Positions 48,941 through 61,017 of a DNA stretch of 64,000 nt are shown one piece after another. The position numbers were made by a program, and so were the translations under genes. Source of the stretch: Paracoccaceae bacterium (lineage in GTDB: Bacteria; Pseudomonadota; Alphaproteobacteria; Rhodobacterales; Rhodobacteraceae). The notes below the pieces were generated by a model. The model was not told the origin of the DNA. It saw nothing but the letters and a program-made list of their open reading frames with translations, and did not search any database. Numbering within the stretch: the stretch's first letter is position 1; every line of letters begins with the position of its first letter. Location: NCBI GenBank assembly GCA_041685625.1, contig JAWLFJ010000002.1:14339-78338 (forward strand). Reading direction: 5' to 3'.

Positions 48941-50473
48941 ATGAAGCCCATTCTCGAGGAACTCGAGGCCCGCCGCGCCACCGCCCGCCTCGGCGGCGGC
49001 CAGAAGCGGATCGACGCGCAGCACGCCAAGGGCAAGCTGACCGCGCGCGAACGGGTCGAACTCCTGCTCGACGAAGGCTCCTTCGAGGAGTTCGACATGT
49101 TCGTCGCGCACCGCTGCACCGATTTCGGAATGGAGGAACAGCGGCCCTACGGCGACGGCGTGATCACCGGCTGGGGCACGGTCAACGGCCGGCAGGTCTA
49201 CGTCTTCAGCCAGGACTTCACGGTGTTCGGCGGCTCGCTCTCCGAGACGCATGCCGAGAAGATCTGCAAGATCATGGACATGGCGATGCGCAACGGCGCG
49301 CCGGTGATCGGGATCAACGACTCGGGCGGCGCACGCATCCAGGAGGGAGTCTCGAGCCTCGCGGGCTACGCGGAGGTGTTCCAGCGCAACATCATGGCCT
49401 CGGGCGTGGTGCCGCAGATCTCTATGATCATGGGGCCCTGCGCCGGGGGCGCGGTGTACTCGCCGGCGATGACGGACTTCATCTTCATGGTCCGCGACAG
49501 TTCCTACATGTTCGTCACCGGACCCGACGTGGTGAAGACCGTGACCAACGAGGTCGTCACCGCCGAAGAGCTGGGCGGGGCGCGCACCCACACCTCGAAG
49601 TCTTCGGTGGCGGACGCGGCCTTCGCCAACGATCTCGAGGCGATCGCGGAGGTGCGGCGGCTGATCGACTTCCTGCCCCTGAACAACCGCGAGAAGCCGC
49701 CGATGCGGCCGTTCTTCGACGATCCGGGCCGGGTCGAGGCCAGCCTCGACACGCTGGTGCCGGACAATCCGAACAAGCCCTACGACATGAAGGAGTTGAT
49801 CCTGAAGGTCGCGGATGAGAGCGATTTCTACGAAATTCAAGGCGATTACGCGAAGAACATCATCACCGGCTTCATCCGGATCGAGGGCGAGAGCGTCGGC
49901 GTGGTGGCCAATCAGCCGATGGTGCTGGCCGGCTGCCTCGACATCGACTCGGCGCGCAAGGCCGCGCGGTTCGTGCGGTTCTGCGACTGCTTCAACATCC
50001 CGATCCTGACCTTCGTCGACGTGCCGGGATTCCTGCCGGGGACGAGCCAGGAATACGCCGGGATCATCAAGCACGGGGCCAAGCTGCTGTTCGCCTACGG
50101 CGAGGCGACGGTGCCGAAGGTGACGGTGATCACCCGCAAGGCCTATGGCGGGGCCTATGTGGTCATGGCCTCCAAGCATCTGAGGGGGGACGTGAACTAC
50201 GCCTGGCCGACCTCCGAGGTCGCGGTGATGGGGGCGAAGGGGGCGGTGGAGATCCTCTACCGCTCCGAGCTCGGCGATCCCGAGAAGGTGGCGCAGCGGA
50301 CCAAGGACTACGAGGATCGGTTCGCGAATCCCTTCGTGGCGGCGGAGAAGGGGTTCATCGACGAGGTGATCATGCCGCAGTCGACCCGCCGGCGCGTGGC
50401 GCGGGCCTTCGCGGCGCTGCGCAACAAGAAGCTCGAGAATCCGTGGAAGAAGCACGACAACATTCCGCTCTAA
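48941..50473 (+). CDS. pccB: propionyl-CoA carboxylase beta (carboxyltransferase) subunit
   Basis: 510 aa with [12 protein letters not shown]...[21 protein letters not shown] and full-length carboxyltransferase similarity. Confidence 0.92.
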   Translation: MKPILEELEARRATARLGGGQKRIDAQHAKGKLTARERVELLLDEGSFEEFDMFVAHRCTDFGMEEQRPYGDGVITGWGTVNGRQVYVFSQDFTVFGGSLSETHAEKICKIMDMAMRNGAPVIGINDSGGARIQEGVSSLAGYAEVFQRNIMASGVVPQISMIMGPCAGGAVYSPAMTDFIFMVRDSSYMFVTGPDVVKTVTNEVVTAEELGGARTHTSKSSVADAAFANDLEAIAEVRRLIDFLPLNNREKPPMRPFFDDPGRVEASLDTLVPDNPNKPYDMKELILKVADESDFYEIQGDYAKNIITGFIRIEGESVGVVANQPMVLAGCLDIDSARKAARFVRFCDCFNIPILTFVDVPGFLPGTSQEYAGIIKHGAKLLFAYGEATVPKVTVITRKAYGGAYVVMASKHLRGDVNYAWPTSEVAVMGAKGAVEILYRSELGDPEKVAQRTKDYEDRFANPFVAAEKGFIDEVIMPQSTRRRVARAFAALRNKKLENPWKKHDNIPL

Positions 50474-50501
50474 GTCCCTGAGCGGACGGGAGGATGCGGC
50501 G

Positions 50502-50903
50502 ATGACGAAGATGTGGAAGGGCCAGGCGTTCACGATCGACCGGGCCGATGCGAGCCCGTTCGAGGGCCGGGGGCTTCGGGCGTTCTTCGAGTATCGGGAT
50601 CTGGGGATCGCCGGCGCCACCCAAGGGAAGTTCGGCGCGCATGTGATCCGTGCCGTGCCGGGCATGGAGAGCCCGGCGACGTGGCATGTTCACGACCTCG
50701 AATTCCAGATGGTCTACGTGCTGAAGGGCTGGGTCGTCTTCGAATACGAAGGCGAGGGCGAGCATCTTCTTCGGGCCGGCGGTTGCGTGCTTCAGCCGCC
50801 GGGCATCCGTCATCGCGAGGTTCGGCATTCCGACGATCTGGAGCTGATCGAGATCGTCTCGCCGGCCGAATTCGCGACCGAAGAGGTCGAGGCGCCGGCG
50901 TGA
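50502..50903 (+). CDS. cupin domain protein
   Basis: 133 aa with the cupin motifs WHVHDLEFQMVYVLKG and PPGIRH. Confidence 0.65.
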   Translation: MTKMWKGQAFTIDRADASPFEGRGLRAFFEYRDLGIAGATQGKFGAHVIRAVPGMESPATWHVHDLEFQMVYVLKGWVVFEYEGEGEHLLRAGGCVLQPPGIRHREVRHSDDLELIEIVSPAEFATEEVEAPA

Positions 50904-50920
50904 GCCTTCCGCAATTCCAT

Positions 50921-51298
50921 ATGGTTCAAGGGGCTCCGCGTCCCGTCGCGCCGTTCTCCCATGCCGTCGAGGTCGACGGCTGGGTGATCCTGACCGGGCA
51001 GATGCCGACGGATCCCGGCGATCCCGACGCGCCGCCGCCCGAGGGCGTCGCCGCTCAGACGGATCGGGTGATGGAGAACTTGCGCCTCGTTCTCAGGGGG
51101 TTGCGGCTCGATCTTGTGCATCTGGTTCAATGTCGCGCGTACCTGACGGCCTTCGATCGGGATTATGCCGATTTCAACCGGTGTTATGAGAGCTTCTTCG
51201 CGCCCGGACGGCTGCCGGCGCGGACCACGGTGGGGGTGACGGCCCTCGCGGTGGGCGCGCTGGTGGAGATCGACGGGCTGGCGAGGCGGCCGGGATGA
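50921..51298 (+). CDS. RidA/YjgF family protein
   Basis: APRPVAPFSHAV, GQMPTDP and ARTTVGVTALAVGALVEID are typical of the family. An alternative GTG start at 50900 overlaps the cupin stop (GTGA). Confidence 0.75.
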   Translation: MVQGAPRPVAPFSHAVEVDGWVILTGQMPTDPGDPDAPPPEGVAAQTDRVMENLRLVLRGLRLDLVHLVQCRAYLTAFDRDYADFNRCYESFFAPGRLPARTTVGVTALAVGALVEIDGLARRPG

Positions 51299-51329
51299 CG
51301 GGCGCCGGCGGACGTCTCGGAACGGGGCG

Positions 51330-51545
51330 AGCCATGCGCGAGGCGCATGGCCTGTGCCGAAACGACGGCGCCGCAGACGTGCCGCAGGCGTGCACCGGGC
51401 GTCGGCCATCCGTGCATATGATGTCGGCCTTTCGTCGGCCCTTCATGCGCCGATCTTATGCCGCCGGTCTGCCCTCGGTGCGGCGTGCGTCGGCCGCGGG
51501 TCGGCCCGCCGTGCGCCGCCTGTCGGACCTCGGCGCCCCGGCTTC
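51330..51545. repeat. intergenic mosaic repeat, copy C
   Basis: Six GTCGG(C/A)C cores, plus CATCCGTGCAT, CGGCCTTTCGTCGGCCCTTCATGCGCC and the palindrome GCCATGCGC-GAG-GCGCATGGC at 51331-51351. The head TCTCGGAACGGGGCGA resembles TCCCGGAACGGAGCGG just upstream of copy B. Confidence 0.65.
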
Positions 51546-51572
51546 GCGGCGCCGCCGTTGCGGGAGGCGGGC

Positions 51573-51962
51573 GTGAGCGCGCGCGGATGGCGGACGGCCG
51601 AGACCGGGGCGGCGACGAGCCTTTCGCGCGACGGCGCGCCGGCGGACGCGCCGCTCGCCGCGGCGACGGGCGCCTGGGCGGCGCCGCCGGCGAAGGATCC
51701 GGGGCGGTTCCGGGCCGCGCTGGCGCATCAGGTGCGGCAGGATCTCTGGCGCGCGCTGAGGACGGTGCGCGGCTTCGCGCCGGTGGTCTCGGTCGCCGCC
51801 GGGACGGACGGGCGCGTCGAGGTGGAGGCGGGCGGACGGCTCGTCGCCGGCACCGGGGCGCGCCGGCAGGTGGAGGCGGCGGCGGCGGCGCTGCTCGCCG
51901 ATCCGGCGCTGCGCCGTCGCTGGACGCGCCATGCGCTTCGCCGGGCGGGAGGGCCGGCATGA
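51573..51962 (+). CDS. hypothetical protein (129 aa)
   Basis: GTG start 6 nt after GGGAGG. Strong GC3 bias in this frame. The protein text is non-repetitive (FRAALAHQVRQDLWRALRTVRGFAPVVSV). I recognise no family. Confidence 0.45.
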   Translation: MSARGWRTAETGAATSLSRDGAPADAPLAAATGAWAAPPAKDPGRFRAALAHQVRQDLWRALRTVRGFAPVVSVAAGTDGRVEVEAGGRLVAGTGARRQVEAAAAALLADPALRRRWTRHALRRAGGPA

Positions 51963-52088
51963 CGCGGGCCGGAGCGTCGGGAGACGGCTCGCCGCCCTCT
52001 GCGCGGCGCCGCGTCGCGGGGGCGTTGGACGGCGCGGCGGCGAGGGCTAGCTCGTGGCGCTCGGAGGCTGCGACCGACGAGGTTCCCC

Positions 52089-52340
52089 ATGGCGCGCAAG
52101 GATTACGATCCGAACCGGCTGGCCCGCTTCGTGATCCGGCATTCGGCGAACGGCGTCGCGGCGGGCTGGACGATCCTGCTGGCGTTCCTCTGGCTCGACA
52201 TCGGGGGGATCGGGACGCTGGTGCGCGAGGCGGCGCAGCGCGAGCTGATCACGGCGATGATGGCGGGGGCCTTCGGGGTGACCTTCGGGCTGGTCGGCCT
52301 CGTCTGGGGCGTGCTGGTGATCCTGCCCGAGGAGGACTGA
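52089..52340 (+). CDS. small hypothetical membrane protein (83 aa, 2 TM)
   Basis: GAGG lies 8 nt upstream. Two clear hydrophobic helices (GVAAGWTILLAFLWLDIGGIG and AGAFGVTFGLVGLVWGVLVIL). Confidence 0.5.
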   Translation: MARKDYDPNRLARFVIRHSANGVAAGWTILLAFLWLDIGGIGTLVREAAQRELITAMMAGAFGVTFGLVGLVWGVLVILPEED

Positions 52341-52378
52341 GGTCCGGCGCCCCGGGGCGCGCCGGACCCCGGCCGACG

Positions 52379-53683
52379 TCAGAAGTTGACCTGCACGGCG
52401 GTCTGGAGCCGCAGGTTGTCGCCGTCGAGGCCGTCGGCGTTCTCGCGGCGGCCGTAGAGCGCCTCGAGCCCGAGGGTGACGCGCTCCACCGGGCGCCAGA
52501 ACAGGCTGGCGTGGACCGACTGGAGGTTGTCGAGGTCGTCGGGGCCGAAGGTGTCCTCCACCTGGTAGTGGCCGAAGGTGAGGCCGGCGGCGACCTGCGA
52601 GCTGATCGCCTGGCTGACGCCGGCGACGGCGCCCCAGCTCTCGATGGTTTCGAGGCCGCCGGAGGCGTTCACGAAGGCGTCCTGGCCGAAGCCGTCGACG
52701 ATGTAGCGCCCGACGCCGTCGCCGTAGGTGAAGGAGCCGAGGAGCTTGCCCCCCTCCCAGAGCGCGATGTTGCCGGAGGCGTTGACGCCCCAGGCGAATT
52801 CCTCGTCGTCGCTTCCGCCGGTGGGGGAGGAGAGCACGCGGCCGACGCCGGCGAGCTTCGCGAGGCCCCAGTCGTCCTGCCAGATGCCGGCGAGCACGGC
52901 GTCCGGCGCGACGTCCACGCCGGCGCGGATGCCGACGTTGACGCTTTCGGCGAAGATCCCGGCGTCGTTCCGGCCGGTGAACTCCGAGTTCTCCAACGAG
53001 GCGGCGAGGGTCAGCTTCTCGTTCACCGGATGGGTGTAGCGGAACTGCGCCTGCCGGATGAAGGGGATGCCGACCGGGCCCTGGAAGTCGACCGTGACGG
53101 GGTAGCTCTCGATCGGCATGAACAGGGTCCAGAACTGGCCGGCCCCGATCGGCCCGACCTCGGCATAGGCGTGGCGGAGCCGGAAGGGGGTGGAGTTCGA
53201 GAAGGCCTCGTTGCCGCCGCCGCCGAAGAAGTCGCCTTCGATCAGGGTGTTGACCGGTCCCCAGTCGCTCGGCGTGCTGGTGCGGATGTTGAAGCGCGTC
53301 TGCCGGGCATGGGCGCGGAAGCGCGATTCCTCGTCGCCGCCGGGCACGATGTTCCCGACGTTGCCGGTGTCGCCGAGCGAGTGGCTGGTGTCGAAGATGG
53401 CGTCGGCCTTGACGTAGCCGCCGATGGTGACGGAGGTGTCCGAGCCCGGCAGCTTGAAGCTTCCGGGCGTGTCGCCGACGCGGACCGCCTCGCGCTCGAT
53501 CCCGTCGCGGGTTTCGGCCTGGTCCGTCTCGAGTTGCTCGAGACGCTCCTGCAACGCCTCGAGCTGCTGGCGCAAGAGGGCGATCTCCTCCTCGGACGCG
53601 GCGGCCGGCGCGGCCGCGCCGGCGGGGAGGAGGGCGGCGAACGCCGGCCGCGCGAGTCCGCGGGAACGGGCATGTCGTCTCAT
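52379..53683 (-). CDS. DcaP-like outer-membrane porin with an N-terminal coiled coil
   Basis: Start MRRHARSRG behind GGGAGGAAA. Signal peptide, the coiled coil EEEIALLRQQLEALQERLEQLE, then beta-strand-type sequence (IGGYVKADAIFD) ending in a terminal Phe. Confidence 0.65.
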   Translation of the reverse strand: MRRHARSRGLARPAFAALLPAGAAAPAAASEEEIALLRQQLEALQERLEQLETDQAETRDGIEREAVRVGDTPGSFKLPGSDTSVTIGGYVKADAIFDTSHSLGDTGNVGNIVPGGDEESRFRAHARQTRFNIRTSTPSDWGPVNTLIEGDFFGGGGNEAFSNSTPFRLRHAYAEVGPIGAGQFWTLFMPIESYPVTVDFQGPVGIPFIRQAQFRYTHPVNEKLTLAASLENSEFTGRNDAGIFAESVNVGIRAGVDVAPDAVLAGIWQDDWGLAKLAGVGRVLSSPTGGSDDEEFAWGVNASGNIALWEGGKLLGSFTYGDGVGRYIVDGFGQDAFVNASGGLETIESWGAVAGVSQAISSQVAAGLTFGHYQVEDTFGPDDLDNLQSVHASLFWRPVERVTLGLEALYGRRENADGLDGDNLRLQTAVQVNF

Positions 53684-53892
53684 CGTCTGTTTCCTCCCGA
53701 AGCGTATGCGGCGATTTGCCGCGTTCATCAGCTTGGTGGGAAAGTGGCCGAAAGCGGATTCACGGTTCGGTCGCGGGACTTCACCGGCGCGTGGCGACTC
53801 GCCGCCGGACGGTCACGGCGGCTTGAGGAAAGGGGAACGCGGCCGTCGGCTCCGCGTTGGCGTGTGGACGAACACGGCGACAGGAGTTCGAC

Positions 53893-54132
53893 ATGCGACC
53901 CTTCAGGATCCCTCTCGCGACGCTCGGCCTCGGCGCGGCGCTCGCGCTCGCCGGCTGCGGCGACACCACGGGCGAGCGCGCCGTTTCCGGCGGCGCCATC
54001 GGGGCGGCGACCGGCGCGGCCGGCTCGGCCGTCACCGGCGGCTCGGTCGGCACGGGCGCGGCGGTCGGCGGCGCGACCGGCGCCGTCGTGGGCGCCGTCA
54101 CCGACGAGGACGACATCGATCTGGACGACTGA
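53893..54132 (+). CDS. small Gly/Ala-rich lipoprotein (79 aa)
   Basis: CAGGAG RBS and lipobox LAGC. Has a glycine-zipper-like GGAIGAATGAAGSAVTGG and an acidic tail DEDDIDLDD. Similar in design to the 12038-12223 product. Confidence 0.55.
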   Translation: MRPFRIPLATLGLGAALALAGCGDTTGERAVSGGAIGAATGAAGSAVTGGSVGTGAAVGGATGAVVGAVTDEDDIDLDD

Positions 54133-54258
54133 GGCCGGCGGGGGCGCGCGCACGCGCCCCGGTCCCGCCTCGCGTCATGTTTCGGACGGTCGGCGCGGAC
54201 CCCGCGCCGGCCGTCCTTTCACGTCAGGCCGCCCCGCGGGCGGCGCGAAGGAGGGACG

Positions 54259-56259
54259 ATGTTCGGCAAGATCCTGATCGCCAACCGGGGCGAGATCGCC
54301 TGCCGCGTGATCAAGACGGCGCGGCGCATGGGCATCAAGACGGTCGCGGTGCATTCGGACGCCGACGCCGCCGCGCTGCACGTGCGAATGGCCGACGAGG
54401 CGGTGCATATCGGCCCGCCGCCGGCGTCCGAGAGCTACATCGTCATCGACCGGATCCTGAAGGCGGTGAAGGAGACCGGCGCCGAGGCGGTGCATCCGGG
54501 CTACGGCTTCCTGAGCGAGCGCGCGGAGTTCGCCGAGGCGCTGGAGGCGGCCGGGGTCGCCTTCATCGGCCCGCCCAAGGGCGCGATCGAGGCGATGGGG
54601 GACAAGATCACCTCCAAGAAGCTGGCCGCGGAGGCCGGGGTCTCCACCGTGCCGGGCTACATGGGGCTGATCGAGGACGCCGAGGAGGCGGTGCGGATCG
54701 CCGAGGAGATCGGCTGGCCGGTGATGATCAAGGCCAGCGCCGGGGGCGGCGGCAAGGGCATGCGCATCGCCTGGGACGCGCAGCAGGCGCGCGAGGGTTT
54801 CCAGTCCTCGAAGAACGAGGCCAAGGCGAGCTTCGGCGACGACCGCATCTTCATCGAGAAGTTCGTCACCCAGCCGCGGCACATCGAGATCCAGGTGCTG
54901 GGGGATTCGCACGGCGACGTGATCTATCTGGGCGAGCGGGAATGCTCGATCCAGCGGCGCAACCAGAAGGTGATCGAGGAGGCGCCCTCGCCGTTCCTCG
55001 ACGAGGCCACGCGCAGGGCCATGGGCGAGCAGTCCGTCGCGCTGGCGAAGGCCGTCGGCTACACCAGCGCCGGGACGGTGGAGTTCATCGTCGACGCGGA
55101 GCGCAACTTCTATTTCCTCGAGATGAACACGCGGCTGCAGGTCGAGCATCCGGTGACCGAGCTGATCACCGGGATCGACCTGGTGGAGCAGATGATCCGG
55201 GTGGCGGCCGGCGAGAGGCTGTCGCTGACGCAGGACGACGTGCGGCTGAACGGCTGGGCGATCGAGAGCCGGCTCTACGCCGAGGACCCCTACCGCAACT
55301 TCCTGCCGAGCATCGGGCGGCTGACGCGCTACCGCCCGCCGGAGGAGGTCGCGACGGAGACCCATGCGGTGCGCAACGACACCGGCGTCTTCGAGGGCGG
55401 CGAGATCTCGATGTTCTACGATCCGATGATCGCCAAGCTCTGCACCTGGGCGCCGACGCGCAAGGCCGCGATCGAGGGGATGCGCGACGCGCTCGACGCC
55501 TTCGAGGTGGAGGGGATCGGGCACAACCTGCCGTTCTGCCAGGCGGTGATGGAGCATCCGCGATTCGTGAGCGGGGACATCTCCACCGCCTTCATCGAGG
55601 AGGAGTACCCGGAGGGCTTCGCGGGGGCGCCGGTCTCCGAGGACGGGTTGAAGCGGCTGGCGGCGGCGGCGGCGGCGATGAACATGATCGTCGAAGGTCG
55701 CGCGGCGGCGATCTCCGGCGCGATGCGCAACCACACGCGGCGGGTCGATCCGCATTGGGTGGTGAAGCTCGGCGGCGAGAGCTTCGCGGTCGAGACGCTG
55801 GAGGGGCCGGACGGGGCCTGGGACGTCTCGCTCGACGGGGTGACCTGGCGGGTGGAGACCGGCTGGAAGCCGGGCATGACGCTGGTGCGCGCCACCGTCG
55901 GCGGCGTGGCGCTGACGGCGAAGGTGACGCTGGGCGCCGGAGGCGCGCGGATGCGTTGGCGGGGGGCGGATCTCAGGGTTCGGGTGATGACCCCGCGGCA
56001 GGCCGAGCTCGCGGCCAGGATGCCGGAGAAGGCGCCGCCCGACACCTCGCGCATGCTGCTCTGCCCGATGCCGGGACTGATGGTGTCGGTCGCCGTGGCG
56101 GAGGGCGAGGAGGTGCAGGAGGGTCAGATCCTCTGCACGGTCGAGGCGATGAAGATGGAGAACGTGCTCAGGGCCGAACGCCGCGGCACGGTGGCGAAGA
56201 TCAACGCCGAGGCGGGGGCGAGCCTGGCCGTCGACGACGTCATCATGGAGTTCGAGTGA
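54259..56259 (+). CDS. pccA: propionyl-CoA carboxylase alpha subunit (biotin carboxylase + BCCP)
   Basis: 666 aa starting MFGKILIANRGEIACRVI, with an ATP-grasp core and the C-terminal biotinylation motif EAMKMEN. Confidence 0.92.
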   Translation: MFGKILIANRGEIACRVIKTARRMGIKTVAVHSDADAAALHVRMADEAVHIGPPPASESYIVIDRILKAVKETGAEAVHPGYGFLSERAEFAEALEAAGVAFIGPPKGAIEAMGDKITSKKLAAEAGVSTVPGYMGLIEDAEEAVRIAEEIGWPVMIKASAGGGGKGMRIAWDAQQAREGFQSSKNEAKASFGDDRIFIEKFVTQPRHIEIQVLGDSHGDVIYLGERECSIQRRNQKVIEEAPSPFLDEATRRAMGEQSVALAKAVGYTSAGTVEFIVDAERNFYFLEMNTRLQVEHPVTELITGIDLVEQMIRVAAGERLSLTQDDVRLNGWAIESRLYAEDPYRNFLPSIGRLTRYRPPEEVATETHAVRNDTGVFEGGEISMFYDPMIAKLCTWAPTRKAAIEGMRDALDAFEVEGIGHNLPFCQAVMEHPRFVSGDISTAFIEEEYPEGFAGAPVSEDGLKRLAAAAAAMNMIVEGRAAAISGAMRNHTRRVDPHWVVKLGGESFAVETLEGPDGAWDVSLDGVTWRVETGWKPGMTLVRATVGGVALTAKVTLGAGGARMRWRGADLRVRVMTPRQAELAARMPEKAPPDTSRMLLCPMPGLMVSVAVAEGEEVQEGQILCTVEAMKMENVLRAERRGTVAKINAEAGASLAVDDVIMEFE

Positions 56260-56337
56260 GGCGCGGGCGCGTGGGTCCGGCGGCGCGGAGCACGCCGACC
56301 GGGCAGGGTGCGGCCGCCGCGGCCGGAGGCGGGCGCG

Positions 56338-56763
56338 TCAGCGTCCGACCTCCTGCTTGCGCAGCGGCAGACGGTCGATCAGGCGGATGATCTGGTCGGC
56401 GCCCTGCGGCGCCGGGCGGCGGAGCTTGACCTCGCCGTCCTTGCCGACGAGCAGGACGTTGAAGTCGTGCGGGCGGAACTTCTTGCGCAGCGGCGTGGTG
56501 TCGGTGCGCGAGGGGCCGGGCGTGGTGTCGGTGAGGATGACGACGTCGCGTTCCTCGAGATCCTCGCGGCGCTCCTCGAGTTCGCGCATCTGCTGGCGGA
56601 AGCGCGGGTCGTTCTCGGACTGGGCGAAGACGATGACGAGACGGTTGACCCAGAGATGTTCGGCGAGCGGGTCGAGCTCGGCCGCGACCGCAGGGGCGAT
56701 GCGGGGCGCGAGCGTGGCTGCGGCGAGGCCGAGGATCAGGGCGCGGCGGTCGGGTGAGGTCAT
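56338..56763 (-). CDS. DUF4174 domain protein
   Basis: 141 aa with a Tat-like N-terminus (RRALILGLAAATLAP). NRLVIVFAQSENDP...ERDVVI...LLVGKDGEVK matches the DUF4174 pattern. Confidence 0.7.
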   Translation of the reverse strand: MTSPDRRALILGLAAATLAPRIAPAVAAELDPLAEHLWVNRLVIVFAQSENDPRFRQQMRELEERREDLEERDVVILTDTTPGPSRTDTTPLRKKFRPHDFNVLLVGKDGEVKLRRPAPQGADQIIRLIDRLPLRKQEVGR

Positions 56764-56910
56764 GGTCGCTCCTTTCGCCGCCGGACGTGGGGCGGTCGCG
56801 CGGCCTGGCGAGGGGGGCGCGGCGCGGCGCCTCTACGGGCCGCAAGGACTTGGCGCCTTGCGGCCGAGGATGCAACGGTGTGCGACAGGGTGCGCGCGGG
56901 GAGGCGCGGC

Positions 56911-57920
56911 ATGGACGTGGTGATCCATCTTGGCGCGCATCGCACCGGGTCCACCGCCCTGCAACGCTCCCTCGCCACGGGAGCGGCGCGGCTGGAGGCC
57001 GCGGGCCCGCGCTACGCCCGCCGCGAGGCGATGCGCCGGCCGCTGCACGTGGCCATGCTGGCGGCCGAGGCGCGCGGGCCGGTCGGGCGCGGGGCGCGGT
57101 CGGCGGCGGCGCGGGCGCTGCGGGCCTGGGCGCGGCGGCAGGAGGCTGCGGGCGTCTCCGGCCTGATCCTCTCGGAGGAGGAGCTCCCGGGCGTGATGGA
57201 CGACTGCCTGACCGGCGAGGGTCCCTATCCGCGCGCGGCGCGGCGGCTTTCATTGCTGGCCGAGGCCTTCGCGCCCTGGCGGATGCAGGCGGCGGCGCTG
57301 CGCGAGCCGGCGGGCTGGGTCGCCTCGACCTGGGGTTACTCGGCCTCGCGCCGGGATCCGCGGCGGCGGGACCGCCGGAACCTCGCGGCGGTGCGCCGGG
57401 GCTGGCTCGAGGGCGGGCGCGGCTGGAGCGCCTTCGCCGCCGACGTGGCCGGGACCTTCGACGGCGCGAGCTTCTGGCGCGCGGATCTCTACGCCGCGGC
57501 GCCGCGCCGGGTGCACCGGCTTCTGGCGGGCGAGGCGGGCGCGGGGCTGCGCCAGATCGGCGGCGCGACGACCAAGCCGGGTCCGACGGCCCCGGCGATG
57601 GCGGAGCTGGAGCGCCTTCGGGCGGACGCGCGGCGGATCCCGCGCAGCGTGCTGACCGCGGTGCTGCAGCGGTTTCCGCCGGGCGCGCATCCGAAGTTCG
57701 ACCCCTGGAGCGCGGAGGAGCGCGCCGTCCTCGCCGCCCGTTGGGTCGAGGAGATGGCGGCGATCCGCGCCCGGGGGCTGACCGTGCTCGCGCCGCCCGG
57801 GCCCGGCGCGGCGCAGGGCGACGAAGATCGGGCTGGCGCGGATGCGCGCGGCCTCACCGACGGCGCGGATGCGCGCGAGACACGGGACCGCGCCGAGGCG
57901 CGGCTTAAAGGAGGATCGGC

Positions 57921-57924
<4 letters not shown>
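56911..57924 (+). CDS. hypothetical protein with a sulfotransferase-like P-loop ([13 protein letters not shown])
   Basis: 337 aa. The stop overlaps the mcm start (ATGA at 57921-57924). The N-terminal motif resembles the H.G..KTGTT.LQ PAPS-binding loop of sulfotransferase-like proteins, with K replaced by R. Confidence 0.5.
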
Positions 57925-60064
<2,140 letters not shown>

Positions 60065-60068
<4 letters not shown>

Positions 60069-61006
60069 CGCTTCGGGTCGTCGTCGTCGGGGCGGGCGCG
60101 ATCGGCGGCTGGCTCGCCTTCCGGCTGGCGGCCGCGGGCCACGACGTGGCGGTGACGGCGCGGGGGGCGCATCTGGCGGCGATCCGGGGCGAGGGGCTCG
60201 GCCTCGACGAGGGCGGCTCGGTCGCGCGGATCGCGGCGCCGGCGGGGGAGGACCCGGCGGCGTTCGGACCGGCCGATCTGGTGGTGTTCGGCGTGAAGGC
60301 GCATCAGCTCGACGCGGCGCTGGCGCAGGCGGCGCCGCTGGCGGGGCCGGGGACGCTGGCGCTCTCGACGCAGAACGGGATCGACGCGCCGGAGCGGATC
60401 GCTGCGGCGTTCGGCGAGGACCGGACGCTGATCGGCGTGGTGCGCGTCTCGGCCGAGATCCTGCGGCCGGGCGTGATCGGCGAGGTGGTGCAGGTGAGGG
60501 GGATCACCGTCGGCGACATGGCCGGCCGTCAGGACCGCGCCGCGGCGGGCGTGCGCGAGGCGCTGCGGGGGGCCGGGGTGAAGGTGCCGGCCTCGGACGA
60601 CGTGCGCGCCGATCTCTGGGCGAAGTTCGTGCTGTGGAACGCGGCGGCGGCGTCCGTCGCGGCGCGGCTGAGCGGGAACGTGGCGAAGGCCTCGCCGGAG
60701 TGGCGCGCGCTCTCGGCGCGGCTGGCCCGGGAGGCGGTCGCGGTCGGGCGCGCGGCCGGCGCGCCGGTGGCGGACGCGATGGCCGAGACGGTGGAGCGCG
60801 GGCTGGCCGAGCCGCCGGACCCGGCGCGGGCGAACATCCGCCCCTCGATGCTGGTGGATCTGGAGGCGGGCAAGCCGCTGGAACTCGATCACCTCGTCGG
60901 CCGGGTGGCGCGGATGGGGGCGGAGCTCGGCGTGCCGGTCCCGGCCTCGGAGGCGGTGACGGCGGTGCTGGCGCCGTGGCGGGACGGACCGCCGCGGGCG
61001 GAATGA
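60065..61006 (+). CDS. 2-dehydropantoate 2-reductase family oxidoreductase (PanE/ApbA-like), paralog 1
   Basis: The GTG start overlaps the mcm stop (GTGA). Has the Rossmann motif [11 protein letters not shown], plus TQNGI, DLWAKF and [11 protein letters not shown]. Confidence 0.7.
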
Positions 61007-61017
61007 GGGAGAGCGGG

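Noticed and set aside
51959-52088. An ATG at 51959 overlapping the stop of the 129-aa ORF (ATGA), suggesting another coupled gene.
   Set aside because: The frame is the Arg/Gly-rich 51458-54277 shadow ORF. It would overlap the well-formed 83-aa membrane ORF and run antisense through the porin gene.
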